Source: an uncultured Planctomycetota bacterium (GTDB lineage: Bacteria > Planctomycetota > Planctomycetia > Isosphaerales > Isosphaeraceae). From it: DNA of 64,000 nt. The notes beneath the pieces were generated by a model that saw only the letters and a program-made list of their open reading frames with translations, did no database searches and was not told where the DNA came from. This document shows positions 34,285 through 43,987 of the stretch, in pieces. The position numbers and the translations under genes were made by a program. The stretch spans positions 1,632,001 through 1,696,000 of the forward strand of contig CAWGMQ010000004.1 of the NCBI GenBank assembly GCA_963823665.1, read 5' to 3'. Position 1 is the stretch's first letter, and each line of letters opens with the position of its first letter.

Positions 34285-35914
34285 TTAGAGGGCCGCGACA
34301 GGCTCGGGCCGGAGACGGCCGGCACTCCTCGAGCCCGTGGCACCGTGGTTGGAGATTTCGGTGGGATCGATGGGTAGCCGCACCGTGAACGTCGAGCCCT
34401 GGTCCATTCCCGGACTCGTCGCCATGATTTCACCGTGATGCTGATTCACGATCCGATGAGTGATGGAAAGACCAAGCCCCGTGCCCTTGCCGTCGCGGCG
34501 CTTGGTGAAGAACGGCTCGAAAATGTTCTCGAGCACGGCCGCGCTCATCCCGCAGCCGTTGTCGGTGAAGACCATTTCCGCCATGCCGTGGTTGTAACGC
34601 GCGTCGATCTTGAGCGTGCCTGTCCCTCCCATCGACTCGAGCGCATTCACGATCAAATTGAGAACGACCTGCTTGATTTCCTGCGCGTCAACGTGCGCCA
34701 TCACCGCCTCTCGGGGATGAAAGAGGATATTCTTCCCTGTATATTTGCCAATGTGGCGGATCATGTCGACGACGCCTTGAATCAAGCCGGCCAGATCGGT
34801 CCGCTCGCGTTTGATGTCGTTGCAGCGCGAGAAGTCGAGCAGCTTCTCGGTGATGTTCTTGCAGCGGAATGCTTCTTCCTGGATCATTTTCAAGTAATTG
34901 ATCACGACACCCTTTTCGGCCGGATTGGGCGACTCGAGCAGCCGCGCGAGTCGATGGTCGAGGGCTTCGGCGCAAAACGCAATCGATGCCAGCGGATTGT
35001 TGATCTCATGCGCGACTCCGGCGGCCAGGAAGCCGACGCCGGCAAGTCGCTCCGATCGGACGAGCTGCCTGCTTCGTTCCTGCACCTGCTGCTCGAGATC
35101 CGCATAGGTCATGCTGATCTTCGATGTCATGTCGTTGAACGCTTCAGCCAGGTCTTGCATCTCATCGCCGGAATGCAGATCGATCTTGTAGTTGAACGAG
35201 CCGCGAGCCACGTGCCGCACACCGCGCTGCAAGAGGCGCAGCGGCAGCAAGACCCATCTATGGAAAAGCAGCGTGAGCCCGCACAGCATGCCCAGCACCA
35301 TCAGTGAGGAGATCCAGACGATGATCCGGCCCACCTGATACTGGTTTTCTGACATCTTGAGAACCGCCCGGAAGTCTTCATAAAGCCGTCTGGGAAGCTC
35401 GAGCACGGTTTCGTTCAATCGCTCGATCCGCGACGGCAGCCCGGTGGCCGGCTTCACCTGCGGCAACAGCTCCGGGTGATGCTCCACGTAATACTCCGTG
35501 CCCGGAAGCTTCCGCTCCGGAGGCGAATGATCCAGCTCGCTCAAGATGGCCGCCAGATCGTCGTCGATCAGGAACGCCAATCCCAACTCATCCGTGCCGC
35601 TATCGACTCGGCTTCCCTGATTGGCGTTCTTCTTCAACTGGGTGAAGTACGTGACAAGGTCACGCTGCGCCCTGACGACCTGCTGCCTCAGCTCGGCGCT
35701 CTCCTGGGGCGAGTTCGTGCGGGGCGCGCAACGGGGCAGCGGACCTCATCAATGCCGCAGATGCCCCAATTTCTCTGATTTGATCGAGAAACGTGAGGTA
35801 GCTCAAATGGAAGGAGTGGAGGCCGAAGATCGACGTGCCCATGAGGATGAGCATCATCCCAACGACGACGCTCAAGCCAACGAACAGCTTGAGGCGAATT
35901 GGCCATCGGAGCAT
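34285..35914 (-). CDS. HAMP-domain sensor histidine kinase (frameshift near 35710)
   Basis: GGAGG then MLRWPIRLKL TM1; TM2, HAMP, AHEINNPL, NLIVNA, DNGCG, GTGLGL. Confidence 0.92.
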
Positions 35915-36020
35915 GACGACCTCCATGTCGTAGGGGAATCCCAGATGGGCCTGGCTTGCCCGACGGTACCGGCTTGGGGGCGTCAATATTACAAAACTTG
36001 CCAATTAGCGGAAGGCAAGT

Positions 36021-37487
36021 TCAGCGAAACAGCCCCCGCATCTGGCTCACGGCGGAAATGACCAGCGCGGCGCTCAAGATCACGCCCAGACCCCAACGCA
36101 GGCGCCGAACGCTGGACTGAAAGGCTACTTCCCGCTCCGGATGGCGTTCGAGGGCCTCGAGGAACGCAATCCGGCTGGCGATTGATCCGTGGCGCCACGA
36201 TCGGTTCGAGCGGTCGAGCCCGTTGAAGTGAGCGACGTCGATCAGCGCGTCGGCGAAGATTCGGATCCCAACCGGGCAAAGGCTCGGCTTGGACGCGACC
36301 GACGGCTCCGGCGCCAGCTCGTTGTCCAGATCCGAGTGCGGAGGGCAGTCGGCCATATCACAGGAAACCACTTTGCTCCCGTAGACATCGGCCTGTCGCT
36401 CGAATCGCCGCGACACGTAGCCGAACACAAACCAAAAATAGAGCCCCAGAGCGATGACCAGAAGAACACCCTCGACGACTGCAGGGTTGAGCCAGCTCGA
36501 TCGCGAGAGCATCGGGCTCGAAAGTGAGACGAGATCACCGAAGATCGAAAGCGCGCCGAGCGAGCCCAGGAAGAAGAATCCGAAGTAAAGGAAATGCCGA
36601 TGCGCGACGTGGCCAATCTCATGGCCGAAAACCGCTGTCGACTCGAGCGGCGTCAGCGTCTCGAGCAGGGCGTCGCTCAGCAAGACATAGCGAAAGCGCG
36701 GCAGGATGCCGGTGACACAGGCGTTCACCATCATCTGACCCGTATCCCAGACGAGTATGTCCGTGAATCGAAAACCCACCCGCTCCGCCGCACGTTCGAG
36801 CCGCCGGCGCAATGCCCCCGGCGGCAAAGAAGAAGTCGGCCACGCCAGGCGAACGAAGAGCGGTGACAGCGCCAGAACAAAGAAGCCGATTACGATCATT
36901 TCGACCGGCTCCCAGACCTCTTGCGCTTCGGAGCTCGACACGAGGCGCCCGATGACATCCCTTCGAATCACGTACCAAAGGATGACCGGCAGAGTCAGTC
37001 CGAGTGATTGCCTGCCCTTGAGAACCAGATATCGTAAGAGCCCGCGCTCGACGCCGATTCCCTGCCGGATCTGCAGCGCATGGTCAGCAAAGTAAAGCCC
37101 CCACCAGACCAGAAGCTGAATCATCAAGAACGGCAGGAAGACGACGAGGTCGTCGAACAGAATCGCTCCATCCAGCCCCCAATTCCCCCGAACCAGCTTC
37201 GACCAGCCCACCCAGTGGATAATCCAGGCGTAAACCACCAGCGAGAGAAACGTGATCAGCCGCACTCCGAGCGCATAGCCTTGCCGCAGCCTGGAGGTCG
37301 TGGCCCCGATGTGCGATGCTCGGAACGCAACCCAGAACCCAAGCCCAAACGCCAGGCCCGCGATCAGGATCACGCCCCCGAACGTTTCGAGCACACGCGT
37401 CGCGACGTCTGCCGGTGGAACCCCCGTCGCCGGGGGCTCGAGCCCAAATGCAATCAAGAGCGCAATCAGCAAAGAAAGAGGCATCAT
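36021..37487 (-). CDS. M48 (HtpX/Ste24) family membrane metalloprotease
   Basis: Multiple TMs, VNACVTG, HEIGH, SRRFERQAD, SWRHGSIASRI. Confidence 0.9.
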   Translation of the reverse strand: MMPLSLLIALLIAFGLEPPATGVPPADVATRVLETFGGVILIAGLAFGLGFWVAFRASHIGATTSRLRQGYALGVRLITFLSLVVYAWIIHWVGWSKLVRGNWGLDGAILFDDLVVFLPFLMIQLLVWWGLYFADHALQIRQGIGVERGLLRYLVLKGRQSLGLTLPVILWYVIRRDVIGRLVSSSEAQEVWEPVEMIVIGFFVLALSPLFVRLAWPTSSLPPGALRRRLERAAERVGFRFTDILVWDTGQMMVNACVTGILPRFRYVLLSDALLETLTPLESTAVFGHEIGHVAHRHFLYFGFFFLGSLGALSIFGDLVSLSSPMLSRSSWLNPAVVEGVLLVIALGLYFWFVFGYVSRRFERQADVYGSKVVSCDMADCPPHSDLDNELAPEPSVASKPSLCPVGIRIFADALIDVAHFNGLDRSNRSWRHGSIASRIAFLEALERHPEREVAFQSSVRRLRWGLGVILSAALVISAVSQMRGLFR

Positions 37488-37601
37488 CGTCGAACTGAAC
37501 CGCCAGTGGGCTCCGCAATCGGCTAAGGGCGTCTGCAATCCGTGCCAAATATCACGTTCCGCCGGCACACTCGAGCGGATCCAAGCAAGTCGCGCGGGCG
37601 G

Positions 37602-38288
37602 TCATACGGGAGCCGCGCCCACAACCACGAGAAGAACGGGCTGAACCACGGCCTCCGACTCGCCCTTGACCTGTAATTTCAGGGGAATAGCAACGCTCCA
37701 CGTATTCTTTTCTGCGTCCCGGACCATGGCTGGAATCGTCTTGGAGGAGTCGGTCGAAGCCCCCTGCAGAAGCAGCACCGCCGGATGGCTCGTCCCTGCC
37801 GATTCGGCGCTTTGCTGCTCAAGCTGCTTGCGAGACGGGAGGTCGCTCTTGGTATCCTTTGCCGCCGGCAGGAGCAAAACGTAGTCTCGAAAAGTGCTCA
37901 CCCCCAGATGATCGCCGTTAACCGGCTGCAGGCCGTATCGCATCGTGTACAGGCCCTTCGCAATCGACTGATCGCGATAGTCGCGCCCCTCGGAGACGTA
38001 CTGCAACACACCGATCAACTCTCCGTCAGCGAGGAACGGCAAGAGCACCACACCCTTGGGTCCAGAAGGTTTCTCACTCGCGGGAATAGTCTTGCGCAGC
38101 CAGATCTCGGCGAGCGTCTGACCTTTATCATCCTGAATGCGGTACCCCTCTGCGTTCAAAAGTCCGCGAATGCCCGTGGCAGCCGCTGCCGGCGCGGCCT
38201 GCTTGAGAGCAGTCACCTTGTACGATTCCTGTGCAAGCACGGGTGCCGCCTGCACGCAGAAAAACAACCCTAACACGATCCTGCGCAT
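37602..38288 (-). CDS. Secreted hypothetical protein
   Basis: Signal peptide VLA-Q; DYRDQ...YTMRYGLQPVNGDHLGVS...SAGTSHP. Confidence 0.7.
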   Translation of the reverse strand: MRRIVLGLFFCVQAAPVLAQESYKVTALKQAAPAAAATGIRGLLNAEGYRIQDDKGQTLAEIWLRKTIPASEKPSGPKGVVLLPFLADGELIGVLQYVSEGRDYRDQSIAKGLYTMRYGLQPVNGDHLGVSTFRDYVLLLPAAKDTKSDLPSRKQLEQQSAESAGTSHPAVLLLQGASTDSSKTIPAMVRDAEKNTWSVAIPLKLQVKGESEAVVQPVLLVVVGAAPV

Positions 38289-38495
38289 CGATTGAGACCT
38301 CGTTCGCGATCGAGGTGCGGAACCCTCTCGCTCAAGTGTGCGATTCCGCGGTTCGGGAGGGGACACCCAGGGGATTGCCGGAGCGGCGCGGTCGATAACA
38401 TTCTCGTGACTTGGGCTCTCCAACCTGGCGCCAGGCCAGAAACCCGATCCGGCTGTCGGGGCGAGAGAGCCCCGACGGCCTTGCGGTCAAAGCCT

Positions 38496-39200
38496 TCAAT
38501 GAGTGAAGTGACCGACGAAGCTGCTCCTGCAATTCGGGTCCTCCCAGTTGGCCTGGAGACCGTCGCCCTTGAAAGTGTGACCGAGCGTGAACGCGGGCTG
38601 GGCACTGACGCCTTTGGAAAGCGGAGGATAGGCGATCACTTCGTTGCCGCAGGCATGGTCGCGATCGTCGAGCGGGCGAGTGACGATCTTCGCCAGCCCC
38701 GCCGCCCAGAACGACGCCCGCGGAGAGTGGGGCATGTCGTGGACCGCGTGAGCCGCGTTTGGTTCCGCTCGAGCATGCTCTTCCAGCTTCAGACTCATGT
38801 GCGTGCTCGTGACTTTGGCGATTCGGGAGAGCCGCGCACCGCCCAGCTCCTTGGCCATTGCGATGAGCGCCTCGCGCTGCCGGCTGTCAGCCCGGTCGTC
38901 GACCATCAAGACCGACTCCGCCTTCTCAGGCTGATCTTCGGTGAACGTGGTGGTTCCATCAATCGCCGCCGCCACACACAGCCCGCCAAGGTCCACCCCG
39001 TTCCACGATCCTTCCGTCACCTTCCACGCCATCACCGCCCGATTGCCGTAAATGAAAACCTCGGCGTTGGAGAAGCACGGCCCGGTGAAAACGTCTGCGG
39101 TGCGCGCCTCAACGTAGTCGCCGCGAATTCCGGCCCCTCGCGCGGTCGAGACCCCAAGCCCGAACAAGATCACAGTCAAGGCTGATACCATCGTTCGCAT
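38496..39200 (-). CDS. DUF1326-like secreted Cys/His protein
   Basis: Signal peptide; GDYVEARTADVFTGPCFSNAE, GVDLGGL, HACGNE. Confidence 0.75.
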   Translation of the reverse strand: MRTMVSALTVILFGLGVSTARGAGIRGDYVEARTADVFTGPCFSNAEVFIYGNRAVMAWKVTEGSWNGVDLGGLCVAAAIDGTTTFTEDQPEKAESVLMVDDRADSRQREALIAMAKELGGARLSRIAKVTSTHMSLKLEEHARAEPNAAHAVHDMPHSPRASFWAAGLAKIVTRPLDDRDHACGNEVIAYPPLSKGVSAQPAFTLGHTFKGDGLQANWEDPNCRSSFVGHFTH

Positions 39201-39437
39201 TACAGTTAGCCCCCGATCAAAAAGCCAAACATCTCGGAACGTGGCGAGCCGAAATGGATCGCGCAGCAGAAGCTCAGGCGCTGGCCTGACTTACCACCGG
39301 AACGTTCCGATTCAATGTGCGAGTTCTTTGCCCACATTCCACGAATAGGTAGCCACCAGTGTAACACACCCTGGATTATGCGTGACAATTCGAACGTCAG
39401 TCAAGGGGCGCCAGTGTGCCCGATCCGCCCGTCGGGC

Positions 39438-39905
39438 TTATTTTCGAGTGCCTTCGGGTTCGCGACCCGAGTTGGCGCCCGTACCCTGGCTCGCCGTCGA
39501 TTGTGGACGACTCTTCTGGTTCGTCGACGGTGCGGGCGACGCCTGGCTCAATCGTTCGTCGGCTTTCGCTCGCGATTCACCGAGGCTCGACACAAGCTGG
39601 TGATAGGCCGCTTCGAGTTGATCACGTTCGTCCTGATAGGCGCGCACGTTGCTTTCAAAGCGCTCGATTGCCTCGTCCTGGCTGGCGAGGCGGTTTGCAT
39701 CGTCCTCAGCTCGATCGGCAAGCTCCCGATTCTGGGTCTGGAGTACAAGGATCCGATCCTTGAGACGCGCGTTCTCGGACCGGAGCGTCCGGCTGAGTTG
39801 ACGGCATTCATCCACCTGCGAGCGGGGCGCCAGAGCGCATCCGCAGCAGAGCAATAGAGCGACGGTCAAATGCCGCGGTTTGACGATCGAACGTGGACGA
39901 ACCAT
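39438..39905 (-). CDS. Putative lipoprotein with coiled coil
   Basis: LLLCCGC lipobox-like motif, heptad-rich middle, low-complexity tail. Confidence 0.65.
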   Translation of the reverse strand: MVRPRSIVKPRHLTVALLLCCGCALAPRSQVDECRQLSRTLRSENARLKDRILVLQTQNRELADRAEDDANRLASQDEAIERFESNVRAYQDERDQLEAAYHQLVSSLGESRAKADERLSQASPAPSTNQKSRPQSTASQGTGANSGREPEGTRK

Positions 39906-39944
39906 TCGTTCCGCCTCCTTTCGGGAACGACTGTTCGCAAGAGG

Positions 39945-41504
39945 TCAGCCTCCGAACATGCCGGAGAGGGTCCGCACCAATCCCGAGCCCATCGTGCCGC
40001 CGGACTGGTATTCGTACAGGTTTCGAACCAGGTCGTGCGCGACGAACGCCGCCAAGAACAAGCAGATCGTCGTGAAACCGAGCAAGCCGACCCAGATGCC
40101 GCTCCACTCCTGGTCGGCCTCACGGGACATCACCATCGCGGGCGCGGAACGTTCTGGGCCAGCCGAACTTTCCGACGACGACCAGGCCCCCATCTCACTC
40201 GAGACCGCGGAGTCGAAGCCGTCGTCCTCTTCGTCCTCGTCGTCTTCTGCGAACGCCGACGGGGCCATGGCCGTGGATGCATTCTGGTCGACGGCTTCTT
40301 CATCGATTGCGAAGACCTCCGAGCCGGTGTCGCTGTCTTCCAGGTCGAAGTCGCTGGCGGCTTCGAGCTGCACGGTCTTGTCGTCGGAATCGGCGTCAGA
40401 CAGGTTGACATCGACCTCGAAGTCCGTGTCGTCGAAGATATCCTTTTCACCCTTCTTGACCGAGGGGGGCGGGGTCGCCGAGAGGGACGGCTTGGCCTTG
40501 GACGGCTTGGCGCTGGTGTTCTTGGCTCGCTGGGTTGTCTCGAGTGCTTCGTCGGAGAGCGGGGCGAGCTCGATCGAATCAGCCTGGCCGAGGCCCAGGC
40601 CGGCCCCCGTTTGAAGGTTGATTCCGGAATCGCTCGGGCGCGAGAGGTTGATACCGGCCGCCTTCGGATCCGACGCTGTCACGTCGGAATCACTCGGCTT
40701 CGACATCGGGGTGGCTTCGAACTCGTCACTGGCATCCAGCGCGCTTAACTCGAAATCACTGCCCGAATCGGGCTGGAGAGCATCGATCAGCTCACTCGAG
40801 GGATTGAGCTCGAAGTCGCTGTCGGCTCCGGCCGCGGGAACCTCAGCCGATGACCCCAGGAGGGGGCTCACCCGCACCGACGTCTCGCTCGAGCTGCCCG
40901 AGCCGCTGATGATGCCGTGATCGGCGGTGTCTTCCTTGATGAGTGTGACATCCGAGTCGCTCGGCTGCTTGAGTCCCGGCGAGGCGAGTTGCACGTCGGA
41001 ATCACTTGCCCCACGCATCATGTTGTCCGGAACGAGTCTCACGTCCGAATCACTCGGCCGGCCGCCCGAAGTCGGCGCGCCGATGATGACTGAGCTCGAC
41101 CCGGTGACCGGGTTGGGCGGCACGGTGAGGTCGTCGAGCAGGATGTCGTGATCGGAGCCGGTGTCGGCCGACTTCTTCCGCCCGCCTTTGTCGGACTTGG
41201 AGATATGAGCCGATTCCGAGCCGAGATCGGTCTTGGAAACGCCCATGTGGAATTCGGACAGGTCGAGCTCTTCGAGCTCTCCGGAGCTTTTCCCGGCGGG
41301 CAGGTCGAGGTCGGAGAGTCTCAGCTCGGCGTCACTGCCTAAGCCGCGACGGCGCGCAAGCTCATCCACGTCGACAACACGGAACCGCCAGGAGCCGCCA
41401 TCCAGGAATGCTCGCACTTCCCGCGATTGGGCCTTCGCCTTGAGCTCCTCGGCACTCATCCCCAGAACCTTGGCGGCCTCTTCCAGCGTATAAAACTGAG
41501 CCAT
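39945..41504 (-). CDS. N-terminal excisionase-like HTH, long acidic Ser/Asp repeat region, C-terminal TM helix
   Basis: MAQFYTLEEAAKVLG...RAFLDGGSWRFR; repeated SDSDV/SDFEL motifs; TM IWVGLLGFTTICLFLAAFVA. Confidence 0.85.
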   Translation of the reverse strand: MAQFYTLEEAAKVLGMSAEELKAKAQSREVRAFLDGGSWRFRVVDVDELARRRGLGSDAELRLSDLDLPAGKSSGELEELDLSEFHMGVSKTDLGSESAHISKSDKGGRKKSADTGSDHDILLDDLTVPPNPVTGSSSVIIGAPTSGGRPSDSDVRLVPDNMMRGASDSDVQLASPGLKQPSDSDVTLIKEDTADHGIISGSGSSSETSVRVSPLLGSSAEVPAAGADSDFELNPSSELIDALQPDSGSDFELSALDASDEFEATPMSKPSDSDVTASDPKAAGINLSRPSDSGINLQTGAGLGLGQADSIELAPLSDEALETTQRAKNTSAKPSKAKPSLSATPPPSVKKGEKDIFDDTDFEVDVNLSDADSDDKTVQLEAASDFDLEDSDTGSEVFAIDEEAVDQNASTAMAPSAFAEDDEDEEDDGFDSAVSSEMGAWSSSESSAGPERSAPAMVMSREADQEWSGIWVGLLGFTTICLFLAAFVAHDLVRNLYEYQSGGTMGSGLVRTLSGMFGG

Positions 41505-41603
41505 GGGCGTGCTCCTCGCGGTCGAAATCGGCTTTAGTGCAGCCGATTCAGTTCGATTCTCAGGGAAAGGAGACCGCGACCCAACATGTCTTCGGCCTCC
41601 GGT

Positions 41604-42077
41604 TTATTCCGGTGTTGAGCGAGAAAGAGTTTGAACCGTCGCCTTGATGGCATCGGGCTCGGGCGGCTGGTTGTTGTAGTGTTCGAGCTTGAGGTCCCAT
41701 TCGTACTGACGCGAGGCCTCAAGCTTCACGATTCCCTTGGGATTGTTGGGGTCGATCCGATAGAGCGCGAACGAACGGTTCTTGGTATCAATAAGGTAGA
41801 GCCATTGAGACTGCCCGGAATTCCCCGCCGCCCCGGTAATCAGCGCCAGAGTTCCGTTTGATTCTCCCAGCGTGTTTTGCCGCCCCGGCTGAGCCCGGTT
41901 GACGTCGGAAGGCCGCGTCGAGCTCGCCGTCTGTGCGGCTGGCCCTGACGCACCCCCACGCTCCGACTGGGCCGCGGCCTCAGGACCTCGCATTCCGAAA
42001 CCCCAGCAGAGGGCCACACCTAAAACCAAGCCCGGCAGCCCGTAACGTACCATCCCGCTCGCCACGCGCATTTCCAT
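41604..42077 (-). CDS. Secreted or membrane-anchored hypothetical protein
   Basis: AGGAGG then ATG; N-terminal hydrophobic segment; LYLIDT...YEWDL..YN. Confidence 0.7.
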   Translation of the reverse strand: MEMRVASGMVRYGLPGLVLGVALCWGFGMRGPEAAAQSERGGASGPAAQTASSTRPSDVNRAQPGRQNTLGESNGTLALITGAAGNSGQSQWLYLIDTKNRSFALYRIDPNNPKGIVKLEASRQYEWDLKLEHYNNQPPEPDAIKATVQTLSRSTPE

Positions 42078-42411
42078 CGACAACCTCCTCCGTGAGACGG
42101 AACGGGGCCTCTTGTCCGAAGAGTACCCTGAGGAAGATTCGCTCGGCACGCGTTCTTCACGCCCACAGTGCGAGCGCAAGCCTGTTGGAGACCAACGTGT
42201 TCAGTCTACCACACCAAATGCAAAAAGGGGCAGAGACCTCGGAACGGACGCCACGCGCCCAGTTCCTTTGAAATGTGCTCCAACCACTTCTCATTCTACA
42301 GCCTGGGTCGCTTAACGCAAGTCCAGACGCCACCACACCGGAGGCGCGATCACACGCCTCCGAATGGTGGCCCGACCGATCGTGGGCGCACGATCACGCC
42401 CACTTTCGCGC

Positions 42412-43719
42412 TTACTTCTTCTCGCCGGCGTCCTTGGCCAGGTCTTTGCCCGCAAGCAGGGTATCGAGCTCCTTCTTGAGCGCCGATTTGATTCCCGGGT
42501 TATAGCCCACATGCACGGATTGCACCACGCCCTTCTTGTCGATCAGGACCAGCAAGGGAATGGCGTTGGCGCCATAGGCGTTCCCGACGGCACCGCTCGA
42601 GTCGAGGGCGACCGTGAACTTGAGCTTCTTCTCTTTCAGGAACGTGCGGATTTCGGCGGCTTCTTCTTGCTGGTTGACCGCGCAGAAGACGACGCCCTTA
42701 TCCTTGTACGCTTCCGCCACTTCCGAAAGAATCGGCAGCTCCATCACGCACGGGCCGCACCAGGTGGCCCAGAAGTCGAGCATCACGACGTGCTCGCCCT
42801 TATGCTCTTTGAGCTTGAAGTCGCCCTTGCCTTCCTCCAGAAGCTTCAGACTGACGTCCGGCGCCGGTTTGCCGAGCAGCGGGGAAGGGGCCTCTTTGCC
42901 GCCACCCAGCCCTTCCATGAAGCTGTTGACCTTTTCGGCACCCGCCGGCTCGAAGACGAAGCTCTTCTGATCGATGCCTTTGTCAAGCTGCCAACCCTTG
43001 TAGTCCTGGATCATCTCGAGCTTCTGCCCCTTGAGCTGCGCCGCGGCAGGCGAATTCGCCACCATCTTGGCGAGGTCGATGACAACCCGGCTCACCAGCG
43101 GGTCGCCCTCGGCAGCCACCCACATCTCCCAGTCAAATTGGTCCTGGGTGAACTTCAAGTGATGCGCCTTGACGCCACCGTCAAGCGTGTCGAGCCCCGC
43201 GTAACTGGACTTCGTGACACCATCCATGAGTGACTTGTAGGGGTCGTCGGAGCAAAGGTCGACGAGCATCGTGAGCTGGAGCGATGACGCCGCGATCTGG
43301 TCGCCCATCAGGTCCTTGAATGTGGCGGGCGCTTCGCCTTCGGTGTACTTCTTCATGGATGGGATGGATAAGAAAAGCGTCTTGCCATCACACACCAGGT
43401 CGACGACGGGCATGGTCGTTTTGGAGCGGACAGCAAGCCGGTTCGGCCTCTGGAACGCCACGGTGGTGGTCATTTCCATCTTGACTGGGCCGAGCTTTTG
43501 CACGCGATTCATCTCCACCGCGACGGATTTGGCTTTCTTGTAGAGTTCAGCGGTCTTCTTCAAAACGCCCTCGACCGTCGCTGCGCCTGAGGCGCCTGCC
43601 TTCGCACCGGGTTCCTGAGCTCGGGCAGCCCCCGCGGGCCCCAGAGCGATAAACGCCGCGACTGCGGCGAGCGAAGTGATCGACAGAGCAAGGGCCAAGC
43701 GGGTTCTTCGAGCGACCAT
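42412..43719 (-). CDS. DUF2092/LolA-like domain fused to TlpA-type thiol-disulfide oxidoreductase
   Basis: Signal peptide; FQRPNRL, WEMWV; C-terminal GKPAPD...LDFWATWCGPC..ELP...AIP. Confidence 0.88.
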   Translation of the reverse strand: MVARRTRLALALSITSLAAVAAFIALGPAGAARAQEPGAKAGASGAATVEGVLKKTAELYKKAKSVAVEMNRVQKLGPVKMEMTTTVAFQRPNRLAVRSKTTMPVVDLVCDGKTLFLSIPSMKKYTEGEAPATFKDLMGDQIAASSLQLTMLVDLCSDDPYKSLMDGVTKSSYAGLDTLDGGVKAHHLKFTQDQFDWEMWVAAEGDPLVSRVVIDLAKMVANSPAAAQLKGQKLEMIQDYKGWQLDKGIDQKSFVFEPAGAEKVNSFMEGLGGGKEAPSPLLGKPAPDVSLKLLEEGKGDFKLKEHKGEHVVMLDFWATWCGPCVMELPILSEVAEAYKDKGVVFCAVNQQEEAAEIRTFLKEKKLKFTVALDSSGAVGNAYGANAIPLLVLIDKKGVVQSVHVGYNPGIKSALKKELDTLLAGKDLAKDAGEKK

Positions 43720-43987
43720 GAAACGGGTCTCCTGGGGAAAAATGCGATTCGTCAGGGATGCATTATGCTCACATCTGGTAGGTCGCGACAACTGTCCACG
43801 GCCGCTTATTGAAGTCTTCCCGTTGAGTTCTCATCGAGAAGCGCAGGGAGAGCGACCCGTGACGACGCTCGTCACCTCTTGCCAGCCTGATCCAGCAACT
43901 GGTGTGCCCAGGTGCCATCCGCACCGTCCAGCGGTGGTTCGGCAGCGGCCCGGTAGTCGATCGAATGATATCGCCCGTTTTGATAGC

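Noticed and set aside
39270..39300. AAGTCAGG resembling the cobalamin riboswitch B12 box
   Set aside because: Other conserved blocks (GGGAA, GCCACTG, ACTGT) are absent.
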